Shown one piece after another: positions 25,872 to 39,322 of a stretch of DNA of 64,000 nt. Source of the stretch: Octopus vulgaris. Lineage: Eukaryota. Every line of letters starts with the position of its first letter. Within the stretch, counting starts at the first letter, position 1. The DNA lies in contig OX597817.1 of NCBI GenBank assembly GCA_951406725.2, forward strand, positions 121,644,001 through 121,708,000. Direction: 5' to 3'. The notes beneath the pieces were generated by a model. It saw nothing but the letters and a program-made list of their open reading frames with translations. It did no database searches and was not told where the DNA came from. Made by a program: the position numbers and the translations under genes.

Positions 25872-28800
25872 CTCTGTCTCTCACACACACATACATATCT
25901 GTCTATCTATCTATCGATATGTTTCCTAGCCTCTTAAGTAGGTATGCCCATGGATTAAATACTATTCACCATATGCCTGGATAAATAAGATTAATCTGGA
26001 TTACAACAACTACAGTATGTGCTTTTTAGGCAGTAATCGTCTCAAATTGAGAATAAGTTAAGGTTTTCATGTGATAATTTCTACAATATTATACTATGAG
26101 ATGTGATTCCCCAGCCCCAATGAAACAAAATAAGTTTTGCCGTATATACATTTTGGAACAAGTACAGAGTGAAGCGCTACCTCGTCCCACTATATTCTAT
26201 AATTAGCGCTAAGTTTTTCTTCGAATCAAAATCATACTGTCTTGAAGAAGGAGGGGGGAGGTCGAAGAATATAATCCTATATATATATATATATCTCAGA
26301 CCTGAACATAAATGCCATAATTTTGACAATATGTCAAATCAATAAGGGATAAACTGGGAACACAATAACAAGAGCAATTAAATTAATATTTCCTGACTAA
26401 TTTCATTATTTTCTTTTCGGTTTGTTATGTGAAAATTATGTAAAGAATATATTTTAGAAAATCTTGAAATATTCTAGAAAATATTAGTTGATTTGAATAG
26501 AAAATTAAAATAAGACGATAATTAATTTTATTGTATGAGATCAGGTGCGTCTGTGTAAATATTAATTGCATAACGTTAAAAATTATTCAACAATAATTGT
26601 GAATTACAGCTCCGTAATAAGAAAGGATGTTTCAACAAAATTATTTTTTGCGTGCTGGGTTTAATAGTTCACCCTTTAACTTAATTATTTAAATTTATGC
26701 CACTGGTAGATTTGAGTTATCCCCCTTAACTTGTTTTATTGTTTAGTTATGAAAATTTTACTCGACAAAAATTACTCACTATTCGTTTGAAAATAACTTT
26801 ATTTCAACGATGTGCAGGTTTTGTTTAGCTATGCAGTGTTAGTATAACAGACATCTTGGTTTAATAGACAAAAACATCTCCATAGCTGTCCATTGCTCGC
26901 AGACAAAGAACACATGATCGTTTGTTCTATGTAGATAAATTAACTTGAGGAATTCTTAATTACTTGAAAGTTATTTCTATTTTTTCTGGGTGAATTGTTA
27001 ACAATTGCCGCCAGAGATTTATCTTCTTCATCCAAATGATTATGAATATTTTGGCAAATATATTTATACACCATTTCTTTTCTGAATTTTTAACTTCGAT
27101 TTCTGATATCTGGAAAGTCTAGTAAATTTTGACAAGACTGCAACAAAATGAGTGGTTGTTATGAAGATATTACTTAATTTTCTGACATTAACATCACTGT
27201 ATTCTATTTTGAAGTAAGTCTAAAATATAAATAGACGTCTTTTTTTAAAATATGTAATGGATAACAAATGGTTCGGGAATACTGAAAGTCGTGGATGAAA
27301 CATCCGTTTGCGAATGTTTGTGCATGATAACTTAATACAAGATTGGATGATCCACATCAGCCAACCCCATAAGATTGATAAGTGTAAACGAAGGAGACTT
27401 TTATGTGGTAATTCATATTCTCAAAATAGCAGACACCTCTTATTCCTTCACCAAACCATGCAGTATTAAAATTCCAAAGATACATTGGATAATTTATTTC
27501 TATATTCCTCTTGAGAACACACTGGTGGCTTCAAGAATGCTATTCTTTATAGATCTTTTCTAACAAGTCTAACTTTGGTCTAATCAAGATCAACCAAGCC
27601 TATATAAGAGAGCTAATATTAAGACAGTTGCTTAATTTGCGAGAAATAGCAAGTAGACCTTTTTAAAGTTACACATTCTAATGTGTTAAATAGAAAAGTA
27701 ACAATAACGTCAGCAAGTAGAACTGATTTGTGGGTAAAGACTACAATTCAACCATAATGACTCAATCAGCAGTTGGAAACATTGATCTTATGTTAATTTA
27801 AAAAAAAATTAACAACGCGACACAACTTCCTACATAACAAATATACAACGCTATCTGTCTTCAAGGGGTCTTTATATAAATTGAGGGAAAACGTCATGAA
27901 GAAATGGAAAGAGGAAATGTCAAGCTCTGACACTCAGACGGATTACGTTATTGATCATGACGCAAGCTATCTCAATCCTCTCTGAAATGGAATTATTAAC
28001 CTTCTTCGGAGTTGAAATTCACTACGCCAAGTCCAGTCATTCTTTGAGCGAAGGAGCTAATTTTTTCTTTTTGACCATGGTGAAGAATAGATGGAATAAT
28101 ATAACTTTACCATCGCGAAAACAGTAACAGGATACTATCCGATATCCCTATAAGGAGTTTTGATAGCGATAGCTAAAACACAGTAGAATATAAATCAAAT
28201 CAATATATAAGAGTTTAATCACCTTAAAATAATGTTTTACTATTGTTCATAACATTTAAATTGATAGGCCATGTAAAATCAAATGTACGGTTTGAAAGCA
28301 GATGAAATATGGACACAACTGAAGATAAGCTACAATTAATCTAATATGAAGTAAGGAGTTAGATATAGAAGTAAATTTGATAATTCCTTCCAGCTCCAAA
28401 CATTACCTCAATAATTAAATCAAGCTGTGAACTTATACGGCGTCCATATAGAACGTTGCTACACTTCCTTAAAACCATATGTTAAAACTAATAGCTAATT
28501 ATACTGTTATGACAAAAAAAATCATTAAAATGTGATTTTCTCATTAACGAATTAATCAATAAAATCCTAATCTGTCAATATCATTTCACAAATGCACTCA
28601 CATACATAGACGCACATGCGCATAGCTACATCCATATATATATGATTCCTGTGAATATACATCTACAAATATGTAATGTAAATGCATGAAATATATATAT
28701 ATGCATATATGTATACACACAGACGCACTCACACATATATAAGCTTGTGTGTATGTATTTATGTATGAATATATTCATATGTGTTCATGTTCAATGGCAT

Positions 28801-29404
28801 ATGTAGACATTTAAAAATTGGTAGAACATTCATTTCGACCTGTAAATTATCAATTGCTAACGATCACTGGGCCAAGTTTTCAATTAAATCATGAAATATA
28901 AAGCTACACTTGTAACCTATTTTGACTACAACATTGTGATAGTATTCACTTCAATACAATCGAATATATAGAGAGGTAAAATACTATAGTAACACACACA
29001 CATATGTATGATATCTATTTCAAATATACAAAAACAGTTAAAATTTAATACATTTTCTTTCGCTTGCTCTTCTCTTTTCCCCCCAATACTCCAAAATTTT
29101 TTGTGTATGTAATATTGTATGTAATCGTTGATCACAGTTTTGATAATGTTTAAGAAGTAACAACTGTAAGTTTTTTTGAATTTCACTTGTAAAAAGAAAA
29201 AAAGAGACTGAAAAAATGGCGTTCTTTGTATGTGAACATATATATTTGTGGAAGTATAGATCTAGTACACAATATTATCTTCCAAGAGAACAAGTCCAAA
29301 AACTAACTGTGTGCAGCTTACGATGGACTCAACTTTCGAACAATATTTATTTAAATGTAATCGTTATATCTGAAGAAAACACTTGTGATATTGGTTTTAA
29401 TTCT

Positions 29405-29838
29405 TGAGACAAGACCAGCAATCTCAGGGAGCTGTATGTCGACTACATCCACCCCAGTGATCAGTTGTTACTAATTTTATTGACCCCCGAGATGATGAAA
29501 AGCAAATTTGACCTCGGTGGAACTTGAACACAGAGCGTAGACACGGACGATGTACCGTTAAACATCTTACCCGGTAGAGTAACAATTCTGCCAACTCGCT
29601 GCCTTAAATTGACTTCTAATATTGGATTCAAACTCTGGCACAGAGCCACCAATTTGTGGGACCGATAAATCGACCACATCGACCCTAGTGATTCACTGAT
29701 AATTATGTTATCGACACCCCGAAAGGATGAAAGGCAAAGTGGACTTTGGTGGAATTCGAACTCAGAACGTAAGGACGGTCGAAATACTGTGAAGCACTTT
29801 GCCCGCCGAAGTAACAATTCTGCCAGCTCGCTGCCTTA
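29405..29838 (-). mobile_element. Two tandem diverged copies of the 11462 SINE family
   Basis: Each copy ends (plus strand) in TTCTGCCA(A/G)CTCGCTGCCTTA (29607, 29838), the reverse complement of the SINE head. B box and central domain present. Confidence 0.82.
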
Positions 29839-30037
29839 ACCATACTTGTAATAGTGCTGAATAATCAGCTTGTTTCCTCTTAAACAGTCTTCAGTTAGCA
29901 GATAGCTGTATTTATTTTTCACTAATCTATAGAGACAACTAATATATTACAGTTCTATATTTAAGCGAAGAGGAACTATGTACATTATTTACATTAATTA
30001 CATTTAACAGATATTTGTCCTCATCTTGTTTGTTGTT

Positions 30038-30080
30038 AACACGTTTCGGCTGATATACCCTCCAGCCTTCATCAGGTGTC
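30038..30080 (-). ncRNA. Minimal hammerhead, left-arm copy with 3-nt deletion at the cleavage site
   Basis: gacac-CUGAUGA-a-ggcug..cagcc-GAAAC-guguu; lacks 3 nt that are present in the right-arm copy. Confidence 0.65.
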
Positions 30081-30130
30081 TTGAGGAAATTTCGAACTTG
30101 GGTTCTTATTCGTAAGGTAGTTTTCAATGA

Positions 30131-30197
<67 letters not shown>

Positions 30198-30216
30198 CAC
30201 TATGTCATATGCCCGT

Positions 30217-30290
30217 GGACATATGGCATAATGGTTAAGAGCGCGGGCTAGTAACCCCAAGATTCCGAGTTCGATTCCAGGCAGTGACCT
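30217..30290 (+). other. tRNA-Thr(AGU)-like SINE head (Pol III A and B boxes)
   Basis: A box TGGCATAATGG 30224-30234, loop CTAGTAA, B box GAGTTCGATTCC 30267-30278. Acceptor stem is imperfect, so not called a tRNA gene. Confidence 0.8.
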
Positions 30291-30372
30291 GAATAATAAT
30301 AATAATAATAACAATAATAATAATAATAATAATAACCTTAGGAATGAGAACCCAGGTTCGAAATTACCTGAA

Positions 30373-30418
30373 GACACCTGATGAAGGCTGGAGGGTATAT
30401 CAGCCGAAACGTTGTGTT
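30373..30418 (+). ncRNA. Minimal type I hammerhead ribozyme (PLE type)
   Basis: Stem I GACAC/GUGUU, CUGAUGA 30378-30384, stem II GGCUG/CAGCC, GAAA 30406-30409, palindromic AACGUU stem III; predicted cleavage after 30413. Confidence 0.82.
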
Positions 30419-33400
30419 AACAACAAACAAGAAGAGGACAAATATCCGTCAAATGTAAATAATGTAAACTAATATATTGATTAGCGGAATGAACGATACG
30501 CTCAAATCAACATGAAATAATTCAGTCTTATGTCAATCTGCTTAAATTATAGTACATACTTTACAAAAATTTATTGCATTGTGTTTTAGAATTTTTTCAC
30601 GACTAAAATCCTAAAATCAAACAAAATTTGAAATTAGATTATAGTTAACTAAATTAAATAGTTCAACAAGACAGATCCCTGATTGATGACATCTAATTAT
30701 ATTCATTCCACTCTTGAATATGTTCGGGCGTAAGTCTACCAGCAGAAATGTTACTATTTTTTCGGGTTCTTTTCAGATTTGTTTCCTGCTATCCAGCGCT
30801 TATGACAATGACAGGTAAATAGACAGCGTTGTAAACCTTTCTGTAGTGAGATGTTGGATGACAAGGATAAATTCACTTTGTATAGTGGAGGTTTCCTGGA
30901 ATGAAATGGATTCTTACTACTCAAATTTCTAGAGCACAATCTAAATATCTGCTATTGTTAAATAAGATGTTATTGCATATTGGGTTATAGGGCTCATGAA
31001 TCAGTTATAAATGGGAAATACATTGTAAGATAGACATAGAGGAGCTTCGAAGTTAGTTATGTTGAACACATCATAAAATGCTAGGCAAAATAAACCACAA
31101 TATATCGCATGGCCTCAGGTTTTGCGTCTTGTCTACATGTAAGTTACTCTCACACAGTAAAAATATCACTTAAATCAACGAATGGCGTGTATAAATGAAA
31201 AACTATAATTAAATGAAATTATGATACGTGGGTTGTAGCTAATATCCCACACACGTTTATTAAAAACACATGAGACGTGCAAATCCAATCATATGTTAAA
31301 TATATTTTGGTAACAGTTTCATTTGGTGACGTAAATTACATATATTAAACTACGCGTTCTTCAATTATCAAGGTTTAAAGTAAAACCTGAGGTGTGATTT
31401 GGCTAACAATGATTTTGGAATTTGTAAGACTTGGTTCATAAACTCACTAATGAACATATCAAATCTCACGTTTTCGCGTATTTTTTCATTATTACAAATG
31501 AATCAAACGTGTAGTTTGTTGGAGATTTGTATGAGAGGCACATAAAAATGCAGTTTCCAGCAGCAACTTTATCTGCAAATGAACGGATGGTTGAAAAAAA
31601 ATTCCTCAGCTTAATAAGCGTATATAAAAAATCTCAAGTTCTATGAACAGCAGTAATCAAGTTTGGTATGCGTGTTACTTACACGAAGTTGTATGTTCTA
31701 GAGCAAAAACAATTCTAGTAATTAAAAATGTAAATTAGCTAATTATATATTTAAATATCGAATAGGCAAATGTTGGTCCATTTTCTTTTCAAATGTTTAA
31801 TTCTTCCATAAGACTGGCATATTTTACAATGCATCAATGAAATTACATTGCTCTACCTGTTAATCTGTAACACACAGCTTCAATAAAATATATTGAAGTA
31901 CAACTGCTGTTTACTTTTCTTTGATATTTCCCATAATGTAAATATTTTAGTACATTTGTAGAAATCCTAGACTTTAAATTCAGAACGAATTTACAGTGCT
32001 TTTTTTCCAATCGATCAATAAACTAGGCAAGAACTTTTAGACGTATACAGGAAGTGCATCACCATTAACTTTAACACTCAAGAACACTCCATTTGTTTCA
32101 ACGAGAGTTTCTAAATGTGATGCAGCTGATGTGTGCGTTCTCACTGCGTAGAATTAGATAAGTTGCCGGGTAACATAAAAATTAAACATAAAGCACTTTT
32201 TAGAATATAATTCTGCACAAACCACTGTTTTCGAAGCTGGTTCTAATATGAAATTCACAATTAAGAAAATGCGAGAAGAATAAAGTCATATCTCCCATTA
32301 CTTGGTGGCAAACAACATTTTAATTTTCAAACAATCTACAAATGTTTAGACCCGTGTATTTGTTTTTATGAGTGGGTGTGTATGTGTGTGTGAAAGATGG
32401 AGAGAGAGAGAGAGACGGAGAGAGAGAAAGAATGTGTACCAGTGTTATACATATTTAGACTCCTATAGCTAAAGAAGATACACCAAGCTTAGTTGCCCTT
32501 GAAACAATAAACGAAAGCAGGGTCAGTTAAAAATATCGTTGATATGTTTACCTGAAAACCTAAATTGTTCGTTAGAGATATGCCATAACACAGTGATAAT
32601 ATGTGTTCAATGAAGAAGTTGGTAACGCGTTATGTAATGAATATAAAATCTAAGTGAATTTATAAATGATCAACCTTTCTGAACTAAGGTATTATTTATA
32701 AAATATGTGTATATACTTGTGACTTGAACTTTTCTAATGAAAATGCAGTAGCGAATGTCTAACAGTGTGAGTGCATTTTCTGATCAGATTTTGTTACAGA
32801 TAGTGTGGCATGGCTCTAAGCTAAGAAATTTTACTCCATTTAAAGTTGCTCAACTATCTAAAAAATTGGTGCCAATTCGTCTGGTTTGTTGAACTGTAAA
32901 AGGATGAGATTCTATATAAAACCTTTCCAGCTATCCAAATAACGCAAATGAAACAAGAGATTATCTCTGATAAATATACACTGTATATTTAGAAATTACA
33001 TTACTTCATGCTAATTAAATCAATCCCAAGGCTAAATCTGTAAATGATTAATATAATTTTATTGAATAATGTTAGGAAGTTAGTTGAATAGTTGCAACAA
33101 TAGTGCGACGCACTATTCGCTAGTAGCTCTCTGCATTGTGCACTCAAATCTATCTAGCATCAGCTGGAATAAGTAAATACCAGATTTTCACTGGTATAAG
33201 TTTAAGTGTCTATTAATCTAGCACGAGTATTTTAACATTCTGCTAAATTAGGAAAGTAATTTAAAAAGTAACATACCTACGTTCGAAACAGATATATTTA
33301 CAAATATAATGTTCATGCAAAATCTCTTTTGCTCTAATATATCAACTGAACATAGATGTATATCAGGAAAACTTGTTATTTGGAAACTTGGAAGATAATG

Positions 33401-33769
33401 TAAAGTGTTATATAAATAGGAGTAGATTTTGAGCTCTGATGAGATGTGGGATCAATTTTCCATTAATTAAACGATTGATTGATTGAACAGTTATATGTAC
33501 AAATCACTGTATGATGTTGATACGGTTATGCAAACGTTTTGAAGTATAAGAATATCATTCTTTATTCTTTTCTTTGTCTGTTTACTGTCAGACGCTGTGA
33601 TTGATGTACTAACATTGGTGGATAGCATCAGATTCGCAGTTTCTATCTTTCAGAAGACATATCTAACTTACATTAATTACTACTTTTTAACTAGTATTGT
33701 TTCTTCAGTTATTCGCATGCAGTGCTAAGGTATTCGCTCGGATTTCTCGAATTCCTAAATCACTATTTT

Positions 33770-33830
<61 letters not shown>

Positions 33831-33891
33831 TACATACATATATATATATACATATGACAGGCTTCTTTCAGTTCCCTTCTATTGACAGTGT

Positions 33892-33939
<48 letters not shown>

Positions 33940-34009
33940 GTGATGCTCCAGCATGGCCACAGTCAAATGACTGAAACAAGTAAAAGAGTAAAAGAGTAAT
34001 ATATATATA

Positions 34010-34200
34010 TAAGGAGAATTCACAAAAAAAAAACCAAAAGACGAAAACAGGTAGTGAAGACAACAAACAGATCTATTAGTATAATTCTCAGGAAGTGAAA
34101 AAGTCTTTAACGCTACGAGCCTACGCTCTTCCACAGAAAGGAACACAGAAAGAAACAAGGAGAGAAAATAAAGAATGTGTAGTGGCTAGCGATCTATTCG
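34010..34200 (-). mobile_element. PLE-type pseudo-LTR with decayed hammerhead
   Basis: Minus 34105-34140: cttt-CUGUGGA-a-gagc-gtag-gctc-GUAGC-guu-aaag. Stems I and II are intact, the core is mutated. Related to the 40221 motif. Followed by (GT)n 34202-34278. Confidence 0.55.
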
Positions 34201-34265
<65 letters not shown>

Positions 34266-35273
34266 TGTGTTTGTGTGTGAGTGTAAAATGAATAAGAAAC
34301 ATTTTAAACGTTCTGCAGAAGTGAGACATGCGTCCTTCATTATTACGGACAGTTGGTTAAAAGCAAACAAAAACAAAACAAACCAAGACAGTGATAAATG
34401 AATCATCTCCAAGCACTTTGTAAAGGGACCGAATAGTAGCACAAATGGCACCAAATTCGTGCCCTACAGCAGTGAAGCTTTCACCAAAACGTATTTTCTT
34501 GGTCGGCTCTTCCTTTCCGTGTAGAGAATATACGTACTTGTTTGCTTGCTGTAGGCGCCTCCGTATTGTTTCTGTTCAATGGTCCCCGTGTTGAGGTGTA
34601 CACTGTATAAAAAAATACGCAGTTTCGCAACACGGTCATGTAAACGCAAATGTTAATCAGAGTAATCTGGTTAGCTGAACATTTTGAGTGTTCTCTGTCG
34701 CGTGTTTTTTCGGTACACGTAGTATCTTGAACTAATCGCCGACTCCTGTTATCACAAATCAATCCGTGATATTCGTAACAGGGCTCACAGGTGAGCATAC
34801 CGTGTTATCTCGAATCAGTGATTATTGAATCGGTGATAAAGGAGGCTAAGCTAAGCAAAGTATCAACTAATACACAACTCAAGTTGAGAGATATCATTAT
34901 AATAAAAGATATATTAATGCGTCAAAAGTCCTGTTTTCTAAAAGATATGATTAATATATAAAGAAAATATTCGCCTTACATTTTATTTATAAGCTCACCA
35001 TATTTAAAAGCTACAGCCAAATAAATATCAAACTGAAGAAATTGTTCCAATTTTAAACTCTAATTACACATTTCTCTTTCGTGCAGTCAGTCATTACATT
35101 TTATGTTGCAATTCAGGAATAATTCTCGACCTAATCTAATAAAATTTAATTACAAGACTATTAACTTGCACATCATTCTATTGCCTTTTGACTCGAACTA
35201 ATCTACTGCAAAGTTACACTAATACAAACACACATACACACACATAAACATCTCTCCCTCCCTCCTCACTCTC

Positions 35274-35329
<56 letters not shown>

Positions 35330-35569
35330 TTTCTGCATACTTCATATTACATATGTGTATATTATATGCAAACATTATTTGTATTGGTATATTCAGGATC
35401 GTTCACTCGTTTCACCTATTTCCTTTACCTGGCTGCAACTCTAAATAATTAGTAATTTGTGACTGAGCACTCAGAATTAAATTTACTTCGTTGAGATATA
35501 TTCAGATACGCGTTGTGAAATCCAGCGATTATTACCCACCAAACACACACACACACACACACGCATATA

Positions 35570-36505
35570 TATATGTGTGTGTGTTACTTATAGACCAAAA
35601 AATGACTTGACTTATCCTAATGAAATTTGGAACACAGGTATTAGGAATAAATTTTAAAATATAGCCAAAATTTCCATTTCTTTGTATGTTTCTAAGACCC
35701 ACTAATGGGGACTTAAGCCCCAAATATTAGTCATTTTCAATGGACCAAAATTACTGAATGGATCCTTATGATATTTGGAACTTAGATTCAATACATAAGG
35801 CCGGGTATAATGCAGTATGTTTGCTTTTAATTTGCGGGGGCTTAGAAGCCCATGAATATTCATAAATTTTCGATGTTGATGACACAAATCAAAAAGTATT
35901 CCCAAAGTTTCCGCTTCTCATGAGGATTCTAAGATCCCCTAATGGCGGCCATGACTCCCAAATTTTAGTCATTTTTATGATCAAAAACAAGGTAAAAAGT
36001 ACATAAGGGCGGGTGTAATACATTATATGTTTGAAAGTGAGGGGGCATAAATGAGGCTGACTGCTTATTGTGATCATTCGTCTTTTGGTTTCCTCTAGAT
36101 TTGCTCTCTTTTACAAACCCAGTAAATATTCATATATTTCCAATTTCAAAGTAATTTATACCATAGATATAAGACACAAGTTAAAAAAGATTCCCATCAA
36201 TTCAACTTCGCTGGTTGACTTTAGAACTCCCACATTTTAGAGCTCCATGTGGTCCATTGTTCAGGAGCAAAAACCTTTGAATGGGTTTTGGAATCTGGGC
36301 ATGAAGATGAATAGATGAATAGTATGCCATTATTAGAATTTTTGTTAAGGTGCGTAAAGAGGAAAAAAACCCCCATTAAAATTCTTAATATCCAATTTTC
36401 ATGAAATTAGAATCATAGGTATTCCAGTTCATTACAGAAAATATAAAAGAAAAATCTAATTCTTCATTTCCATGTGATACGGGTAATTCCGGATATCCCT
36501 GCTAG
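35570..36505 (+). mobile_element. Non-autonomous Helitron (diverged)
   Basis: 3' end ACGGGTAATTCCGGATATCCCTGCTAG|T (imperfect hairpin plus CTAG). Internal repeats ACATAAGG.CGGGT.TAAT at about 35793 and 36001. 5' boundary approximate. Confidence 0.65.
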
Positions 36506-36537
<32 letters not shown>

Positions 36538-37934
36538 TATATGTGCGTGTGTTTGTGTGTGTGTGTGTATGAATTAGTATGTCTGGTTATGTTTCTCTTT
36601 TTGTAGGTAACTGTGTATGTAAATGGCTACCACGTTTTATAAAAGGTACGTGCGTATGACACCGTGAACATGGGAAAAAATTACGGGGGTCAACGGAAAG
36701 GGAATTTGTTTAAATGAGATATTTTGCATACAAAAAAAGAAGAAAAAAAACCAAAAATCAACTCAGGACATCTAAATTTGGTCTACCTGTCACATTAAGC
36801 CTTCTACATCAAAAATTTCTAGTCATGTGTTAAACAGTCTGGGTTTCCATTTTACGTCTTCCCCACCTTATGTATTTTGTAGATTTTTCGCAAATCAGGG
36901 AACCTTGGAAGTAATGCTGTATGTGTTTAACTTTTTAAAATCGTATTCTAGTTTCTTTTGTCTGATCAATGTGCAGAGACAGAGATATATAGATGTTTCC
37001 GAGTCAGCAACGCGATGTGGTGTTATTTCTGTGTCAAAACTAGAAGTTAGGATCATGACAGTTGCAACATTTATGTTTGCATACGACTGAATGATATTTA
37101 TGGGTAATGCTGAAGTGGAGCTCCACTCTGCCGCATGCAAATGTTAGAAATCCATTTCTGGAAGTTGCAAAACCGAAAAGGTAATATGAATTGAACTCAC
37201 AAAAGGCAGAATAGATTGCTAACATCTAAATGCGATATACAACTCCGCTTGAAGCCATAAGTAATTACTACAATTAACGTGCTATACTGAACCAATATGT
37301 TATACGTTAAAACAACCTGACACAAAATTGCAATAGAAAAGCCATAATTGAAATAATCTATGCAGCCAAACTCGAGGTGGATTAAAATGATACGTTGCAT
37401 ATCATTCTTTAATGATTTTCTATTTAGAAAGTATTATTGCTTCGAGCATTATTTTTTAAAATAAGTTTCATATTCGTGGTGTTTCAATAATTAATATATT
37501 TAAACATTTCCAATAAATTTTCCAAGTCCTGAGGCGTTCTATAAAATTAATATCAAAATAATAATCAACAACAATTATCGGAATCTTTTAGTCTCAATTT
37601 TATGAACATCATAGACTTTAGTGTATTTTTCGATTAAATTATGCCTACTTTTCTCTCTGTCTACCTCACCTTACCTCTGTCTCTTAATCTCTCCCTTTCC
37701 ATATCTATCTACCTACACACACGCTCAAATCACAGCTATTTGGGGGGGGATATATAAAACGTATATATATATATGCAAACAATACCACCTTAGTTGAATG
37801 GACTGTAGTGCCTAAAGTATTACTGTAATATTAAGCATCATTAAATATCTTCAGTGGGTAGTGATTTCAACTTAGTCATAACCTCAGCAAATTCTGCCCG
37901 AAACTAAATATGTAAGTGTATATGTATGCATGTA

Positions 37935-38414
37935 ACCCAGTACAACCTGTTGCATGGTCGGGTCGTCGGCAACTAAACCGGCAACCCCACCAAGCTTGAG
38001 AGATGAAAAACAAAACCCGTCAAAGGGCGGAGGAACTCTTAAGAGTCAACGGCCATCCAATAACTGTTTAAAGGCTGTATCATGCGCGGGGACAATAATC
38101 GGACCGAATACCCGATCGCGCGGTTAAACCATTGGGAGTGAAGGACTCCTAGCCTTTGTCAGGGCATCCTTCTTGGAGAAGGTAACTCAGGTACCTGGGA
38201 TAACTTCGACATAAAACCTGCGGCTCAGTGGTTACCGATGATGCTGACTTGTTCTTCTTTTCGGATTATGGCTGCTGTTGCTTAGTGAGTGGGATTGACT
38301 CAGTGCACAGCCTTTCCTCACTTAAAAAAAAACTTCTTGCACAGGCATTGCACGATAACAACATTGATTAAGCTTCGTGCAATGGCCATACTCGATAACG
38401 AGGGGGCAGCCACC
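37935..38414 (+). mobile_element. RTE-derived bipartite non-autonomous element (5' UTR joined to 3' end)
   Basis: GC-richer 480 bp. GGCATCCTTCTTGGAGAAGGTAACTC resembles RTE 5' UTRs and CATACTCGATAACGAGGGGGCAGCCA resembles RTE 3' ends. Imperfect TSD ATATGTATG(C/T)AT at 37920 and 38415. No ORF. Confidence 0.6.
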
Positions 38415-38423
38415 ATATGTATG

Positions 38424-38470
<47 letters not shown>

Positions 38471-38478
38471 TGAATAAC

Positions 38479-38520
<42 letters not shown>

Positions 38521-38972
38521 AATAACTTGGAGTCAACAAGGGGTAGAGAGGGACATTTATTTGTAATCACTACAATTGTTTCGACGCTACGTAGTTCTCG
38601 GGTTCGCAGGTATTTCGTGATATAACAGATTCCCTGCATTATGAGATCTACCTGTGTTTACTCAGTTGGTATATGAATAGTTTCCGTATACTCAAATTCT
38701 CGGCTTCAAAAGTATCCTTACTATCTGTCGCAGCTTGCAAGGTAGTAGTAGGACCGACTGGGTCTATCAAAAGATGTGTTGTGGTTGAAAGTCTGTTAGT
38801 GTACATGTATATGTGTATGCATGTGTGCATGTGTCGGTATGTACGTATAGCGTGTGTCTGTATATGTACACCTATAGGTATATATAACAATGTATACTTA
38901 AGTGCACGTGCGGATGTATATATCTGTGTATATGTTCGTATATGTAGGTATCCATAGGCGCATGCATGCGCG

Positions 38973-39010
<38 letters not shown>

Positions 39011-39322
39011 CACATGTGTATGCAAATATATATATATATATGTGTCTGTGTGTGTGTGTGTGTGTGTAAGTACGTATCTGTCTTGTGGATGTATTTGTAT
39101 CTATACGTGCGTGACCATGTATGTATATGCATGTAAGCACAGATATAAGCAGCATCCGGATATATGGAAGCACGTCTAATATGCGGTTGTGTAAATATAT
39201 AAATGTATATACGTATATACGTATATACGTATGTATGTATGTATGTATGTATGTATGTATGTATGTATGTATGTATGTATGTATGTATATATATAAGTGC
39301 CAACGAGGGTACGGACGTCGCT

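Larger units (their letters stand above)
29949..30466. mobile_element. Fold-back tRNA-headed SINE with PLE-type hammerhead tails, 12-bp TSD
   Basis: TSD AACTAATATATT at 29937-29948 and 30467-30478. Inverted arms about 29995-30118 and 30335-30466, (ATT)n/(AAT)n spacers and a central tRNA-like head. Confidence 0.88.

Noticed and set aside
30217-30290. Functional tRNA-Thr gene
   Set aside because: Acceptor, anticodon and T stems are imperfect, there is no oligo-T terminator, and it sits inside a TSD-flanked element.
30777-30814. 38-nt segment between TTTTCAG and GTAAAT splice-like sites
   Set aside because: Such site pairs are frequent in AT-rich DNA; there is no homology or frame support.
33436-33460. 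CTGATGA-GAT..ATC
   Set aside because: GAAA and the cleavage site are missing.
34455-34850. Possible Tc1/pogo-type MITE relic (TACAG...CTGTA, CGTGTTATC motifs)
   Set aside because: Matching terminal inverted repeats and TSD could not be defined.
36827-37400. Overlapping 60-87 aa ORFs in complex sequence
   Set aside because: No recognisable protein motif or coherent splice structure.
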